A stretch of 64,000 nucleotides of DNA from an uncultured virus (IMG/VR IMGVR_UViG_3300007722_002942) (Duplodnaviria; Heunggongvirae; Uroviricota; Caudoviricetes). Position numbers and translations under genes: made by a program. The stretch is taken from the IMG/VR virus record IMGVR_UViG_3300007722_002942; one strand, 5' to 3'. Positions 37,249 to 47,617 of this stretch are shown here, piece by piece. The stretch's first letter is position 1, and each line of letters starts with the position of its first letter. The notes under the pieces were generated by a model. It saw only the letters and a program-made list of their open reading frames with translations. It ran no database searches and was not told the DNA's origin.

Positions 37249-38270
37249 TGTCTAAAAAAGTTCAAAAAAAAGCAGGGTTACTTACTGACGATATCGCTGG
37301 TGTAAACCAGATATGTCCGGTTATTTACAACTGGGCATGGGATACTTATATTAAAGCAGTTGCCAACAACTGGGTTCCAACAGAAGTTCCAATGAATCGG
37401 GATATCGAGCAATGGAGATCTAAAACAGATTTAACCGAAGATGAGAGAACGGTTATTAAAAGATGTTTAGGCTTTTTTGCAGGAAGTGAAAGTCTTGTAG
37501 CTAATAATTTATTACTATCTATATTCAGATGGGTTACTAATCCAGAATGTAGACAGTATATAGGTCGCCAGAATTATGAAGAACTTCTTCATAATCATAC
37601 TATAGTTTATATTTGCGATAGTCTTAGTTTAGATATATCTGAGATTTACGAAGCTTATAAAACAGTTCCGTCTATTAAAGCAAAAGATGATTTTCTTATG
37701 GGAATAACATCTGATATATCTAGGCCAGAATTTAATACTACATCGGTTGAGGGGAAAAGAGAGCTTGTAAGAAATCTCTTATCATATTATATCATATGTG
37801 AAGGCATTATGTTTTTTAGTGGTTTTGCTATGCTTCTTAGTTTTGGAAGACAAAATAAACTTCCAGGAATATCAGAGCAGATTCAGTATACTCTCAGAGA
37901 TGAGTCTCTTCATATACAGTTTGGTGTAAATTTAATTAATACAATTAGGAAAGAACATCCTTCTGTTTGGAATCCTGCTTTCGAAAAAGAAACAATAGAA
38001 CATATTAAAAAAGCTGTAGATTTAGAAATACTATATGCTTATGACGTTATGCCAAATGGGATATTAGGACTAAATGCTCCTATGTTTATTGATTATGTTC
38101 AGTATATTGCAAATAGAAGATTAGAATCTTTAGGATTGGATTTTAAATATAATTCAGATATTAATCCTTTCCCCTGGATGAGTGAAGTTATAGATTTACA
38201 GAAGAATAAAAACTTCTTCGAATCTAGAGTTACAGACTATGCAACAGGTATCGTAAAAGACGACTTTTAA
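37248..38270 (+). CDS. nrdB: ribonucleotide reductase class Ia beta subunit
   Basis: NNWVPTEV, EELLH, EGIMFFSGF, RDESLH, NFFESRVTDY. Confidence 0.95.
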   Translation: MSKKVQKKAGLLTDDIAGVNQICPVIYNWAWDTYIKAVANNWVPTEVPMNRDIEQWRSKTDLTEDERTVIKRCLGFFAGSESLVANNLLLSIFRWVTNPECRQYIGRQNYEELLHNHTIVYICDSLSLDISEIYEAYKTVPSIKAKDDFLMGITSDISRPEFNTTSVEGKRELVRNLLSYYIICEGIMFFSGFAMLLSFGRQNKLPGISEQIQYTLRDESLHIQFGVNLINTIRKEHPSVWNPAFEKETIEHIKKAVDLEILYAYDVMPNGILGLNAPMFIDYVQYIANRRLESLGLDFKYNSDINPFPWMSEVIDLQKNKNFFESRVTDYATGIVKDDF

Positions 38271-38280
38271 GGAGATTTTT

Positions 38281-38673
38281 ATGACAGAACGGATGACATC
38301 AGATAACTATCAATCTAACATGTTAAGAAGCAAAAGCTCTCAGTATCATATAGATAAGATTGATCCAGATCTTCTTCATGCGGCTATGGGTTGCGAGACA
38401 GAAGTTGGAGAGATTATGGATGCCATAAAGAAAACCATATTTTATGGTAAGCCACTTGATATAGTTAATATAAAAGAAGAATTTGGAGATTTGTTATGGT
38501 ATATCGCTTTAGGATTGCATTATTGCGGTTGTAATTTCGATGAAGTTATGACTGCTAATATATCTAAGTTAAAAGCTAGGTATCCTGATAAATTTACATC
38601 AGAAGCCTCTATGTTTCGAGACTTGGATAAGGAGAGAGGTATTTTAGAACAAAATTATAAAGAACAACTTTAA
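38281..38673 (+). CDS. MazG-like nucleotide pyrophosphohydrolase
   Basis: TEVGEIMD..KK, KEEFGDLLWY, N..KL.ARYP. Confidence 0.88.
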   Translation: MTERMTSDNYQSNMLRSKSSQYHIDKIDPDLLHAAMGCETEVGEIMDAIKKTIFYGKPLDIVNIKEEFGDLLWYIALGLHYCGCNFDEVMTANISKLKARYPDKFTSEASMFRDLDKERGILEQNYKEQL

Positions 38674-38765
38674 GTATATTATAAGATATTAGATGTCTGG
38701 TTGTAAAATACAAGTAGGTAAAATCATATAATTATCGAAATAACCTCCAAGTGGAGGTTTTTTTC

Positions 38766-40523
38766 TTGGCTATTACTAAATCAAATATAATTATAACGTA
38801 TAGAAGTGGAGATGCAGATAGCGAATCTGTAGCTGATCTTTATGTGTCTAAGCATGGGCTAAATGCTGCTCAGAAAATATCTATTCCATGTTCTGCTACG
38901 GAGATATTAAATAATGAATCAGATTTCAATAGTGAAGTAAAGAATCCAATTTCTAGTGCCATTTCTACCTTAGAAGGCTTAGGGTATAGTATATGGGCTG
39001 TTGTTCTTGGATACAATATACCAGGTGGGTTTCTTGATGGTAGCAATATCATATCATCAACATCTCGTATATCGAGATATGATCACTCTTATAGTAGGAA
39101 GATTAGAAACCCATTATTTGATAGAAGGGTTTTTTCTAGATATTCCGAGAATGATACTTCTACATCTATAATATGTTCTAGAATAGATGCTCCAAATGTT
39201 GAATTAGCTTTAGGTATGATTAACAAAGCTGATAAGATTAGAATCCAAAGATTTCCTAATGGAACATTTTATTTAGATCCTTATTCTGATAGACATGGCT
39301 TAGGTGCAGAAGATTATCAAAATGAGATATTAGATTTTCAAGACAGAACGTTACCGTTATTAAATTTGAATTCTTTTATTACTACATTTATCGATCCATA
39401 TGAGGATGTTATTGTACCATTTGTTGAAAATGATTCATTTGTTTGGTCATGGTTTACAGACAGGGCATCTCTTTCTTTTTTCAGAGAAACATCCGCATCT
39501 AGAGTATTTTTATACAATGCTGATTTTGATGGAGCGGCATCTATAAGAGATATAACAAGCAGGAGATGGCCTACATTAGCATTAAGAGCTGGATATGCCT
39601 GTTTTGCCGGGTCTATGTCTAATCCAACTATGTTTGGTTTTTTAAGACCAAGACCATTCTTCGAGACTTTAATTAGAGGAGGAACTATCGGAGAGGCTAT
39701 GTTGTTTAGTATGCCATTTTTCGATTGGTCTATTGCATGCTTTGGTGATCCGTTATTAAATATTACTTTTCCCGCGGAAATAAAAATTAATGATAATAAA
39801 CTATCAGAAAGTGAAAGTATAAGATTGGCAGCAAATAATCTAGCAAGATCTATATCTTATATGTTAAAGAAAGAAGGATATATAGAGCAGATTAGAGATA
39901 GAGTCATTTTAAGCCAAGATATACCAGTAGCAGTAGATCTTCTAATAAAATCACTTGACATGTATAATCAATCTTCTTTACAATATATAAATTCTATGTA
40001 TTCCGATATATCATCGGCATTGGCAATATATATAGAATCAAGAAATAAGTTTACAAATTTTTCTAATACTTTCCAGAGTACAAGCAACTATTTGGATGAA
40101 AAAGATATACAGTTTAGTGAATTAATACAAGATGCTGATAAGAATATTAATAGATATACATCTGATAATATATATGCTAACGGATATTGGGAATTAGAAT
40201 TTGAACTTACCAACGATGCCGAATCTTTTGCATTTTATCATTTTGAAATGGATGTATCAGATTCTAGTGATTTCAGTTCAATCTTATTTAATATAAAAAG
40301 TCAAGAATCATTATCAGGATGGACTTTTGAAGAGAATGAAAATGAATTTTCAGAATTAAAACCAGATGGAGTTCGTTCTTCCTTTATAGGAAGAAGAATT
40401 AGATATAAATCTCAAATAGATCAGAAATTGTCCAGATCTGGAATATACTATTTTAGATTTAGACAAATAGATCAATTAACTACTTATGATTACAGGGAAA
40501 TTTCCGATATAATATTTACATGA
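38766..40523 (+). CDS. TIGR03790-like domain protein
   Basis: S..VA..Y...HG N-terminus, RIDAP, GEA...S.P...W....GDPL; TTG start after GGAGG. Confidence 0.6.
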   Translation: MAITKSNIIITYRSGDADSESVADLYVSKHGLNAAQKISIPCSATEILNNESDFNSEVKNPISSAISTLEGLGYSIWAVVLGYNIPGGFLDGSNIISSTSRISRYDHSYSRKIRNPLFDRRVFSRYSENDTSTSIICSRIDAPNVELALGMINKADKIRIQRFPNGTFYLDPYSDRHGLGAEDYQNEILDFQDRTLPLLNLNSFITTFIDPYEDVIVPFVENDSFVWSWFTDRASLSFFRETSASRVFLYNADFDGAASIRDITSRRWPTLALRAGYACFAGSMSNPTMFGFLRPRPFFETLIRGGTIGEAMLFSMPFFDWSIACFGDPLLNITFPAEIKINDNKLSESESIRLAANNLARSISYMLKKEGYIEQIRDRVILSQDIPVAVDLLIKSLDMYNQSSLQYINSMYSDISSALAIYIESRNKFTNFSNTFQSTSNYLDEKDIQFSELIQDADKNINRYTSDNIYANGYWELEFELTNDAESFAFYHFEMDVSDSSDFSSILFNIKSQESLSGWTFEENENEFSELKPDGVRSSFIGRRIRYKSQIDQKLSRSGIYYFRFRQIDQLTTYDYREISDIIFT

Positions 40524-40888
40524 TAAGCAATTCTGATTACAAGTTCATATCTGATAGGATTGGATTATCGCAGTTTTATACTAGCGATGCAGCTTCTGCG
40601 TTGAGAAGTATGGTTACTAATTTTATAAATAATGATGTTAAATATAATGACAACTTAAAATTATGGATTATTAATATAATAATAAGAACCTACGATACAC
40701 TAGTAGACTCTCATGTTGTTTTGAATCCTGTTATAGTCTCATTTGTAAAAGCTCTACAAGAACATGTGGTTAAAAGATTTGGATCGGTTGATAATTACTT
40801 GTCAACTAATAATTTACTTGTATCACCAGAATTTGCTGCAATATCAAGTTCCGCAGGATATGATATTTATTTTATAAATATAGAGTAA
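40520..40888 (+). CDS. hypothetical protein
   Basis: Overlaps the upstream stop. Confidence 0.65.
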   Translation: MISNSDYKFISDRIGLSQFYTSDAASALRSMVTNFINNDVKYNDNLKLWIINIIIRTYDTLVDSHVVLNPVIVSFVKALQEHVVKRFGSVDNYLSTNNLLVSPEFAAISSSAGYDIYFINIE

Positions 40889-40915
40889 TTATATAAAATT
40901 TACAGTATTATACCT

Positions 40916-42832
40916 ATGGCGAAGAAAAAAACATACGATAATTTATTAGATAATATTAGAAACAGCCTGTCTGGCGGAGAATCTAATTTTATACCAGATA
41001 TAGTGACATTTGTTGAAAGTGAAAGATATCTATCATTAGGTTATGGACCTAATCCTATCTATTTAAGACCAGCACAGAAACTCATATTAAAGGCTTTTTA
41101 CAGAGGGTCTATAGGAAATGAGAACCTAGAGATAACAGAAGATGATATAGAATTATGTAAAAAACTTAAGCTTACAGACCATGATGATAGAGGTAATGTC
41201 CTAGAAAAACTAGATAATAAGGAAGTTTTTAGAGAACTTGTTTTAGTTTGGGGAAGAAGAAGCGGCAAGGATTTTATAACTTCAATTATAGCTTGCTATG
41301 AGGCTATGAAACTACTGGAACTTCCTGGCGGAGATCCTTATAGATATTACAATATAGGTTCCGCTGTTCCCATATCAATTCTAACAGTCGCCAATTCAAA
41401 ACCTCAAGCTAGAATTGCTTTTAATGAAATTAGGCAGAAAGTATTATATAGTCCTTATTTTAAAGATAAATATATATCAGATGGTATTGAGGCAGAAGCT
41501 ATTTATCTTCTTACACCACAGGATAAAACTCTTAATGAGCATTTTTCAGAAAAAGGCTTACCTCTTAAAAAAGGGTCAGTATGTATAGAAGTAGGTCACT
41601 CAAATTCTGATTCTCTTCTTGGTAAGGGCGTATTTGCATTACTATTGGATGAAGTTGCTACTTATAAAAATACAGGCGGCTCGTCATCCGGTGATAGAAT
41701 ATATACAGCTTTACAGCCTGCATTAACAACATATTTTAGAAGAATTCCAAAAACAGACGAAGAAGGAAATCTAAAACTAGATGAGGATGGCAAACAGGAA
41801 TATAGAATTATATTTGATAGTAAGATTGTAAGCATATCATCCCCTAGAGGAAAAGAGGGAAAGCTATACGACCTGTTCATAGGTGCTGCTAATACAGAGG
41901 ACAGATTATCATGCAGATTACCAACATGGGATGTTAATCATCTAGTTACAAGAGAGTCTCTTAAAGAAACTAACTCCGATATGAGTGAGGAAAACTTCAT
42001 GATGGAGTTTGGAGCAGAATTTTCAGGTACAGCAGGCGAAACTTTCTTTCTTAGAGATGCAATTGAAGATTGTTTTAAGAATCATAAATATACAGAAAAT
42101 AGACTTATAGGAGAGCCTGGCAAGATATACTTTGCCCACCTAGATCCGGCAACTAATAGTCATAATTATGCTCTTGTTGTATTACATAAAGAGCTTGTTA
42201 TGAATAGGGAAGATAATAAGTCTGATTTTATAATAATTGTAGATCATATTAAAATATGGTCTCCACATGTAGATAGACCTATAGATCCTAATGAAGTTGA
42301 TGAATACATGATACAGTTGAGAAGAAGATTCCATTTATCATGTGTTACATACGACCAGTGGCAATCTGCCGCAAGTATAATGAAATTGAAAAAACATGGT
42401 ATACCTGCTAAACTTACCAGATTTAATCAGCATTATGAAATGGCAATTTACACAGAATTAGAAAATCTTGTTAACTCAAGAAGAATCAAAATACCTTATC
42501 ATCAATTATTAAGAGATGAAATGCTTTCTTTACAGAGAAAGTATACAGGAACAGGATTTAAGATATATCCAAATCAAGAAGGAGATGGATGCCATACTGA
42601 CGATATATTAGATTGCGTGGCTGCTGCTTCTTATATGATTATGTCTCAAGAGAATATAAGACTTCCAAGATCTAAGTTAGTCAATACTGGATCTCATGGA
42701 TCTCATGGGTCTTTTAATTCAAATAACATTGCATGGAAGAATATGCAAGGTGGCGTTTATGGCGTTGGAAGCGGAGGATCCGTTAGCAGGAATTTAGAAA
42801 AGAGGAATTCCTGGCCACAATATAAAAGATAA
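40916..42832 (+). CDS. terminase large subunit
   Basis: Walker A WGRRSGKD, Walker B LLLDE, ISSP coupling motif, nuclease HLDPA, YDQW, DDILD. Confidence 0.93.
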   Translation: MAKKKTYDNLLDNIRNSLSGGESNFIPDIVTFVESERYLSLGYGPNPIYLRPAQKLILKAFYRGSIGNENLEITEDDIELCKKLKLTDHDDRGNVLEKLDNKEVFRELVLVWGRRSGKDFITSIIACYEAMKLLELPGGDPYRYYNIGSAVPISILTVANSKPQARIAFNEIRQKVLYSPYFKDKYISDGIEAEAIYLLTPQDKTLNEHFSEKGLPLKKGSVCIEVGHSNSDSLLGKGVFALLLDEVATYKNTGGSSSGDRIYTALQPALTTYFRRIPKTDEEGNLKLDEDGKQEYRIIFDSKIVSISSPRGKEGKLYDLFIGAANTEDRLSCRLPTWDVNHLVTRESLKETNSDMSEENFMMEFGAEFSGTAGETFFLRDAIEDCFKNHKYTENRLIGEPGKIYFAHLDPATNSHNYALVVLHKELVMNREDNKSDFIIIVDHIKIWSPHVDRPIDPNEVDEYMIQLRRRFHLSCVTYDQWQSAASIMKLKKHGIPAKLTRFNQHYEMAIYTELENLVNSRRIKIPYHQLLRDEMLSLQRKYTGTGFKIYPNQEGDGCHTDDILDCVAAASYMIMSQENIRLPRSKLVNTGSHGSHGSFNSNNIAWKNMQGGVYGVGSGGSVSRNLEKRNSWPQYKR

Positions 42833-42854
42833 TAGTAACAAAAGGAAAATATTC

Positions 42855-43571
42855 ATGGCTTTTAACTTATCAAAAATATCATCGAAACAATCAGAAGTAA
42901 AATCTTACGAGGCACAGCTAAGAGAGAGCAATAGCTATCATGGCTTACATGCCGAATCCAATCCTGGTAGTACTGACTATCAATTAAAGGAAAAGGGTCA
43001 CAAAAACGCAGACAATCTTATCCCATTTGAAAAGCAAATGGAAAATGCAAGGGCTAAGAAAATAAATAGTGGAAATACAGAAAAGTCATTAAATGATAAT
43101 GAAAAGCTATTTTTAGATAGAAGAATAGACAAAACAAATAAGACTACTGTTAAGCCACTTGATCTTCTTGCAGAAGCATACGAGCAAGTGAGAAATAATG
43201 CTTTTGCTAAGAAGAATAAATCAGGCAAGGCTTTTCAAAATAAAAATCCTGGTGAGCAAATGATTGGGGAAAAAACCAAGATAGTTGGTAATTCTCAAAA
43301 TAGTCAATTAGCAAATAATAAAGATAGATTTGAGGGACTTTCCGAAACGCAACCAATTCATACAGATCATAACAAGAATGCAGATGCTATGAAAAAAGAA
43401 GATAATATAAAACCTATGTCTTCCGCAAAAGAAACTATAAAAGAAGCAGATGCTATGCTTTTTCATCTTTTTGCCAAAGCTGCCTCTGAAGGCAGAGGAT
43501 TGACATATACAGAAAGTCAAATGGTAGTTGATATAAATAGCAGAAAAGCAAAGATATTATCAGAATGCTAA
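42855..43571 (+). CDS. probable internal head protein
   Basis: Head module; MAFNLSKISS start; E.QL repeats. Confidence 0.55.
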   Translation: MAFNLSKISSKQSEVKSYEAQLRESNSYHGLHAESNPGSTDYQLKEKGHKNADNLIPFEKQMENARAKKINSGNTEKSLNDNEKLFLDRRIDKTNKTTVKPLDLLAEAYEQVRNNAFAKKNKSGKAFQNKNPGEQMIGEKTKIVGNSQNSQLANNKDRFEGLSETQPIHTDHNKNADAMKKEDNIKPMSSAKETIKEADAMLFHLFAKAASEGRGLTYTESQMVVDINSRKAKILSEC

Positions 43572-43580
43572 TAGTGAAAT

Positions 43581-44174
43581 ATGAAATTTAATATTAATAA
43601 ATATTCAAGTTCATGTGATTTTATATGCAAAAAGTGCGGAATGATTAGCAGTTATAAGACTGCTCGTCAAGGATGCACTGCATGTAATAACTATTTATTT
43701 AAAATAGCATTAAAGAATAATCCAATTATGAATGATCGTCATAATAATGATGATCCTTATAGATTGGAGACAAGCAGGCCAGGATCGGAAAAACCCTGGA
43801 AATTAACGACTCCAGGTAGCGAAGATACGAATCCAAGCGGATTTGGAGGAAGAAACAGGGATGGGCTATCTACGGATGAAAAGGACAGAGAGAATAAAAA
43901 AGAAATACCAGGTTCTACTGCAACTATGATAGACGATCCTCCTCCTGCTGGCTATGGTAATGGTCCGTCTTTATCTGTTAGCGATGTATTTACTGATCCC
44001 ATAGATCCATTAAGTGCTGCAAATAGAATAAATAGGAGTTCTGGAGACGATTTAGATTCAGGATCGCAAGAGGCAGGATTAAATAGGTCAAGGCAAGTTG
44101 GAATATATGACGATAATAAGTTAAATAGCCCGTTCAGTTTTGTCGGGAAAAACCAAAGAGGAGCTTATAGATGA
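43581..44174 (+). CDS. Zn-ribbon protein, probable virion component
   Basis: MKFNINKYSS; CKKC..CTAC. Confidence 0.55.
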   Translation: MKFNINKYSSSCDFICKKCGMISSYKTARQGCTACNNYLFKIALKNNPIMNDRHNNDDPYRLETSRPGSEKPWKLTTPGSEDTNPSGFGGRNRDGLSTDEKDRENKKEIPGSTATMIDDPPPAGYGNGPSLSVSDVFTDPIDPLSAANRINRSSGDDLDSGSQEAGLNRSRQVGIYDDNKLNSPFSFVGKNQRGAYR

Positions 44175-45013
44175 TTATTGTCAAGGTTAAAAGTAGTTTT
44201 AAGGGAGAGCTGGTTCTTGCATCCATAGGATATCCTATCAAGGCAGGATATGAAGTATCACTAGATAGAGTTTCATACTATTCTTCTGATATACAAGTTG
44301 CTTTAAGAATGGGACTTTTAGAGTTAAAGGATAAGTCTTTAGCATCTGCATGGTCTCCATCTAAAAACTATAAAGTAAAAAATATAACAGGCAAGGCTTT
44401 GACAATAGGAGAGGATTTATCATTTCTAAAAGATGAAGTTAAATATATAGGAGAGGATAAATTCCTAACAGGAGTTGTTCAAGCTTCTATAAATAGAGGA
44501 TGGCTGTATTCAGAAGAAGCAGTAGAGGTAGAAAAGGTAGAAAAGGTAAAAAAGAAGCCTATAAAAAAACATGTAAAAAAAGAAGTATATAGACCAAAAG
44601 ATGTAAAAACAAAAATGTCATCATGGAATGCTGAGAAGCAAAAATCAATAAGTAAAAAAGATAGTAAGAATAAAGTCATAGCAAAGACTTCAGGACATAT
44701 TCCAAAATCAGAAAGTGAAGAGATTCAAGTTGGAGAGATAGATTTTTTAGATATATACGAGCCATCTGAAATATTATCTAAAAAAAGAGGAAGACCTTCA
44801 AGTGCTTCTAAGTCTGCCAGGACTATCAAGACTGGAAAATCTATTCGTCCCGTTGGAGAAGTCAGGGAAAGCATTACTCCAAATTTAGGCCCAACTATTA
44901 ATATTCCAAGGCCATCGTCTGACGATGTTACATTTGTAGATTCAGAACAGCATTTGAAAAAACTTGCAGTTCATCCTGATAAAAGAATAGCTAGAAATAA
45001 TAGTGAAGTTTAA
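44171..45013 (+). CDS. hypothetical basic protein
   Basis: Two similar N-terminal modules and a Lys-rich tail. Confidence 0.6.
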   Translation: MIIVKVKSSFKGELVLASIGYPIKAGYEVSLDRVSYYSSDIQVALRMGLLELKDKSLASAWSPSKNYKVKNITGKALTIGEDLSFLKDEVKYIGEDKFLTGVVQASINRGWLYSEEAVEVEKVEKVKKKPIKKHVKKEVYRPKDVKTKMSSWNAEKQKSISKKDSKNKVIAKTSGHIPKSESEEIQVGEIDFLDIYEPSEILSKKRGRPSSASKSARTIKTGKSIRPVGEVRESITPNLGPTINIPRPSSDDVTFVDSEQHLKKLAVHPDKRIARNNSEV

Positions 45014-45052
45014 AAGAATGATTTTTATAGGAATCTATTGTATTAATGGATC

Positions 45053-45808
45053 ATGGACCATGGCTCATATGACATATTGAAAAAAGAATTACTATATCAT
45101 GGTATAAATGTTATAGGTAATAATGTAATTGAAGTAGATAACGTCAGGAAAAATCTAGACAAATACTTATTTATAGATTTAGAAAAAGACATGTCTCATA
45201 ACGTTGATATATTAAAAATGTTATGGAGAGAAGTTGTGGATATACTTTTTGCAAGAGAAAAGTATCCGAATGTATCAAGCAATTCCGAAGTAGAATTATT
45301 TATATTTTCATTAAAAGATATGGCAAGATTTTTAGAGATGTTTGAGTCTCTTGATAAATCTTCTTTAAAGATATGTTTACAAAAAGCATTGAATTGCGAT
45401 ATAATAGAGTATAATTATAAACAAATAAGTGCTATACCTGACTATAAGATATCTATAGATTGGATATTTAGAGTGACTGATAGGTTGTGTTATATAAAAA
45501 ATATGCTAAAATCTCTAAAAAATGCAAATAGAAAATTGGCTTCTGGAGCATCTGGTCCTTGGTCAAATCTAGATCTTCCCATGTTGGAAAGAGTTTTTTC
45601 CTGGGATGACGTAGATGCAGAAACAAGAGGAAAAGATAGAGATATTAGAAGACAGCAAAGATACAGAAAAGGATTTGAGTCATATAACAATGACGGCTCT
45701 GTTGGCGAGGGACATTACTGGAGAGAATTAAAAAACGAGTGTTTTAGCTGGTATGATCGCAAAGATGAAGACCCTTATTACCAAAGATATGTTTTAGATG
45801 GGAGATAA
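45053..45808 (+). CDS. hypothetical protein
   Basis: 251-aa ORF. Confidence 0.65.
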   Translation: MDHGSYDILKKELLYHGINVIGNNVIEVDNVRKNLDKYLFIDLEKDMSHNVDILKMLWREVVDILFAREKYPNVSSNSEVELFIFSLKDMARFLEMFESLDKSSLKICLQKALNCDIIEYNYKQISAIPDYKISIDWIFRVTDRLCYIKNMLKSLKNANRKLASGASGPWSNLDLPMLERVFSWDDVDAETRGKDRDIRRQQRYRKGFESYNNDGSVGEGHYWRELKNECFSWYDRKDEDPYYQRYVLDGR

Positions 45809-46232
45809 TATTATGAAAAAAATTAGCCAATCACTTATAGACTCATTGATTCAAATGATGCCATCATTGCTTAATTCTTTAAAATCAAGAAGTGATTCAA
45901 ATGATAAAGCAGCTAATGGCTTGTTTTCTATTTGGAATAATGAGAAAAATAAAATAAGAGATAATATATATAAAAGACCAGTAACCATATCTCATGAAGA
46001 CATTAACGATATGCAAAAAGCTGGATTTATAAGGCGAATAGGAAATGATATAGAAATAACATCAAAAGGAGAGTCTGCTATTAAGATAATGATACTTGGT
46101 GATAATTCATCCTCTTTTGAAGATAAAAATACAACATATTCAGAATCATTAGCTAATACAAATACACCTGTTACTAGAACCGCAAAAAACAAAGTTGCAT
46201 CTTGGTGGGATAGATATGAGAATAAAAAATGA
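45798..46232 (+). CDS. hypothetical protein, possible winged helix
   Basis: M.KAGFI.....IEITSKG pattern. Confidence 0.55.
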   Translation: MGDNIMKKISQSLIDSLIQMMPSLLNSLKSRSDSNDKAANGLFSIWNNEKNKIRDNIYKRPVTISHEDINDMQKAGFIRRIGNDIEITSKGESAIKIMILGDNSSSFEDKNTTYSESLANTNTPVTRTAKNKVASWWDRYENKK

Positions 46233-46639
46233 AGAAAGATATACTTATATACTTTAAGAAAATAAATTCTAAAGATAAGACAAATATATCAAAAGATATT
46301 CTATGGTACGATAGTCTGAGAAAAAAAATGCAAAAATATCGTGGTGGAAAAATGGTCATGAGACATAGACTTGAAAATAATGATGAAAAAGAAGTAAATA
46401 GAAAGCCAGTTTTAAGATTTCTTCCTGTTATAGAAGACGATTTTGAGATACAGAAAAAAGTTAATATAGATAGTAATTCAGTAAAAGAGTGGTATAAGAT
46501 ATATACAAGGTATAATAATTCAGAATCTGAAATATCTAGTATATCCTCTGATGGAGTAATTATATCTGTTCCAAAAGAAGAAATTGAAGATGTATCATAC
46601 GATCTTGATAGAAATGGGTTTCATTACAATTTGATTTAA
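46229..46639 (+). CDS. hypothetical protein
   Basis: Coupled ORF. Confidence 0.6.
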   Translation: MKKDILIYFKKINSKDKTNISKDILWYDSLRKKMQKYRGGKMVMRHRLENNDEKEVNRKPVLRFLPVIEDDFEIQKKVNIDSNSVKEWYKIYTRYNNSESEISSISSDGVIISVPKEEIEDVSYDLDRNGFHYNLI

Positions 46640-46672
46640 TATGCTTTCGACAGAAAGGTTTAAGAATACAAA

Positions 46673-47602
46673 ATGCTACATGTTGAAATAGCAGATACAA
46701 GGTATAAGCAAGAGGAAGGCTTGATGTTTAGAACAAGTCTTGGCCCCGATTCTGGTATGGCGTTTCTATTTAAAAAACCAGATGTACTTAGCTTTTGGGG
46801 AAGAAATACATTAATACCATTAGATATAGCTTTTGTAGATAATGATGGCGTTATATCTAATATTTCTCATATAAATACTAATTCTATGAAATCTGTTTCA
46901 AGTAGTAAAAAATGTCTTATGGCTATAGAAGCTAATCTGGGATGGTTTGAATCTAACGGTATTAAGCCAGGATGCAAGGTTAATTTAGATAAGCTAACAT
47001 ATGAATCTGGAGTAGTTGTATTCGATAAGAATATAAAAACTGCACAATTTGGACATTATATGAATAGTCTCAAAAAGGAAAATGATCCTAATATTGTTCC
47101 TGATAGAATAGAACCTAAATCCGGAGATGAAGTAAAAACTATTCAACAAATTCCTCAAGATGGTCAGAATTTACCAGTTCTTACAGAAGAAAATATAGGA
47201 AAATACTTAGAAGATTCATTTGATGAAAATGAAGAACAGTCTTTAATAGGAGATCAGATTCCACAGGACGGATCTGATGAGATTGAAGAAGAAATCCAAG
47301 AATTAGAGGCTATTGAGCCAAACGAGGACGAATATCCGGAATTTTCATCCACAACAGAGGCTATTAAATGGGCTGAAAATAACGATGAAAGTATTAGAAT
47401 TTATTATATAACAGATAAAGGAAGAGACCTGGTTAGGGATGTTGAGCCTCATGGGGAATTTTATGCAAGAACAACTGGTAATAAAATATTAGTTACTTTT
47501 GATAAAAATGTAGGAGATATTAGAGCTTTTATAGTAGGTAATATAATGCATCATCAATTCATTGGTGAAAAATTCAATAGAAAGTTTGTAGTTCAGAATT
47601 AA
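46673..47602 (+). CDS. DUF192 domain fused to WYL-like domain
   Basis: VEIADT..QEEGLMFR..GMAF.F..FW.RNT.IPLDIAF; C-terminal I.Y....G...R.VEP......L...D.....RAF....I. Confidence 0.75.
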   Translation: MLHVEIADTRYKQEEGLMFRTSLGPDSGMAFLFKKPDVLSFWGRNTLIPLDIAFVDNDGVISNISHINTNSMKSVSSSKKCLMAIEANLGWFESNGIKPGCKVNLDKLTYESGVVVFDKNIKTAQFGHYMNSLKKENDPNIVPDRIEPKSGDEVKTIQQIPQDGQNLPVLTEENIGKYLEDSFDENEEQSLIGDQIPQDGSDEIEEEIQELEAIEPNEDEYPEFSSTTEAIKWAENNDESIRIYYITDKGRDLVRDVEPHGEFYARTTGNKILVTFDKNVGDIRAFIVGNIMHHQFIGEKFNRKFVVQN

Positions 47603-47617
47603 TTTAAGGATTAAAAA

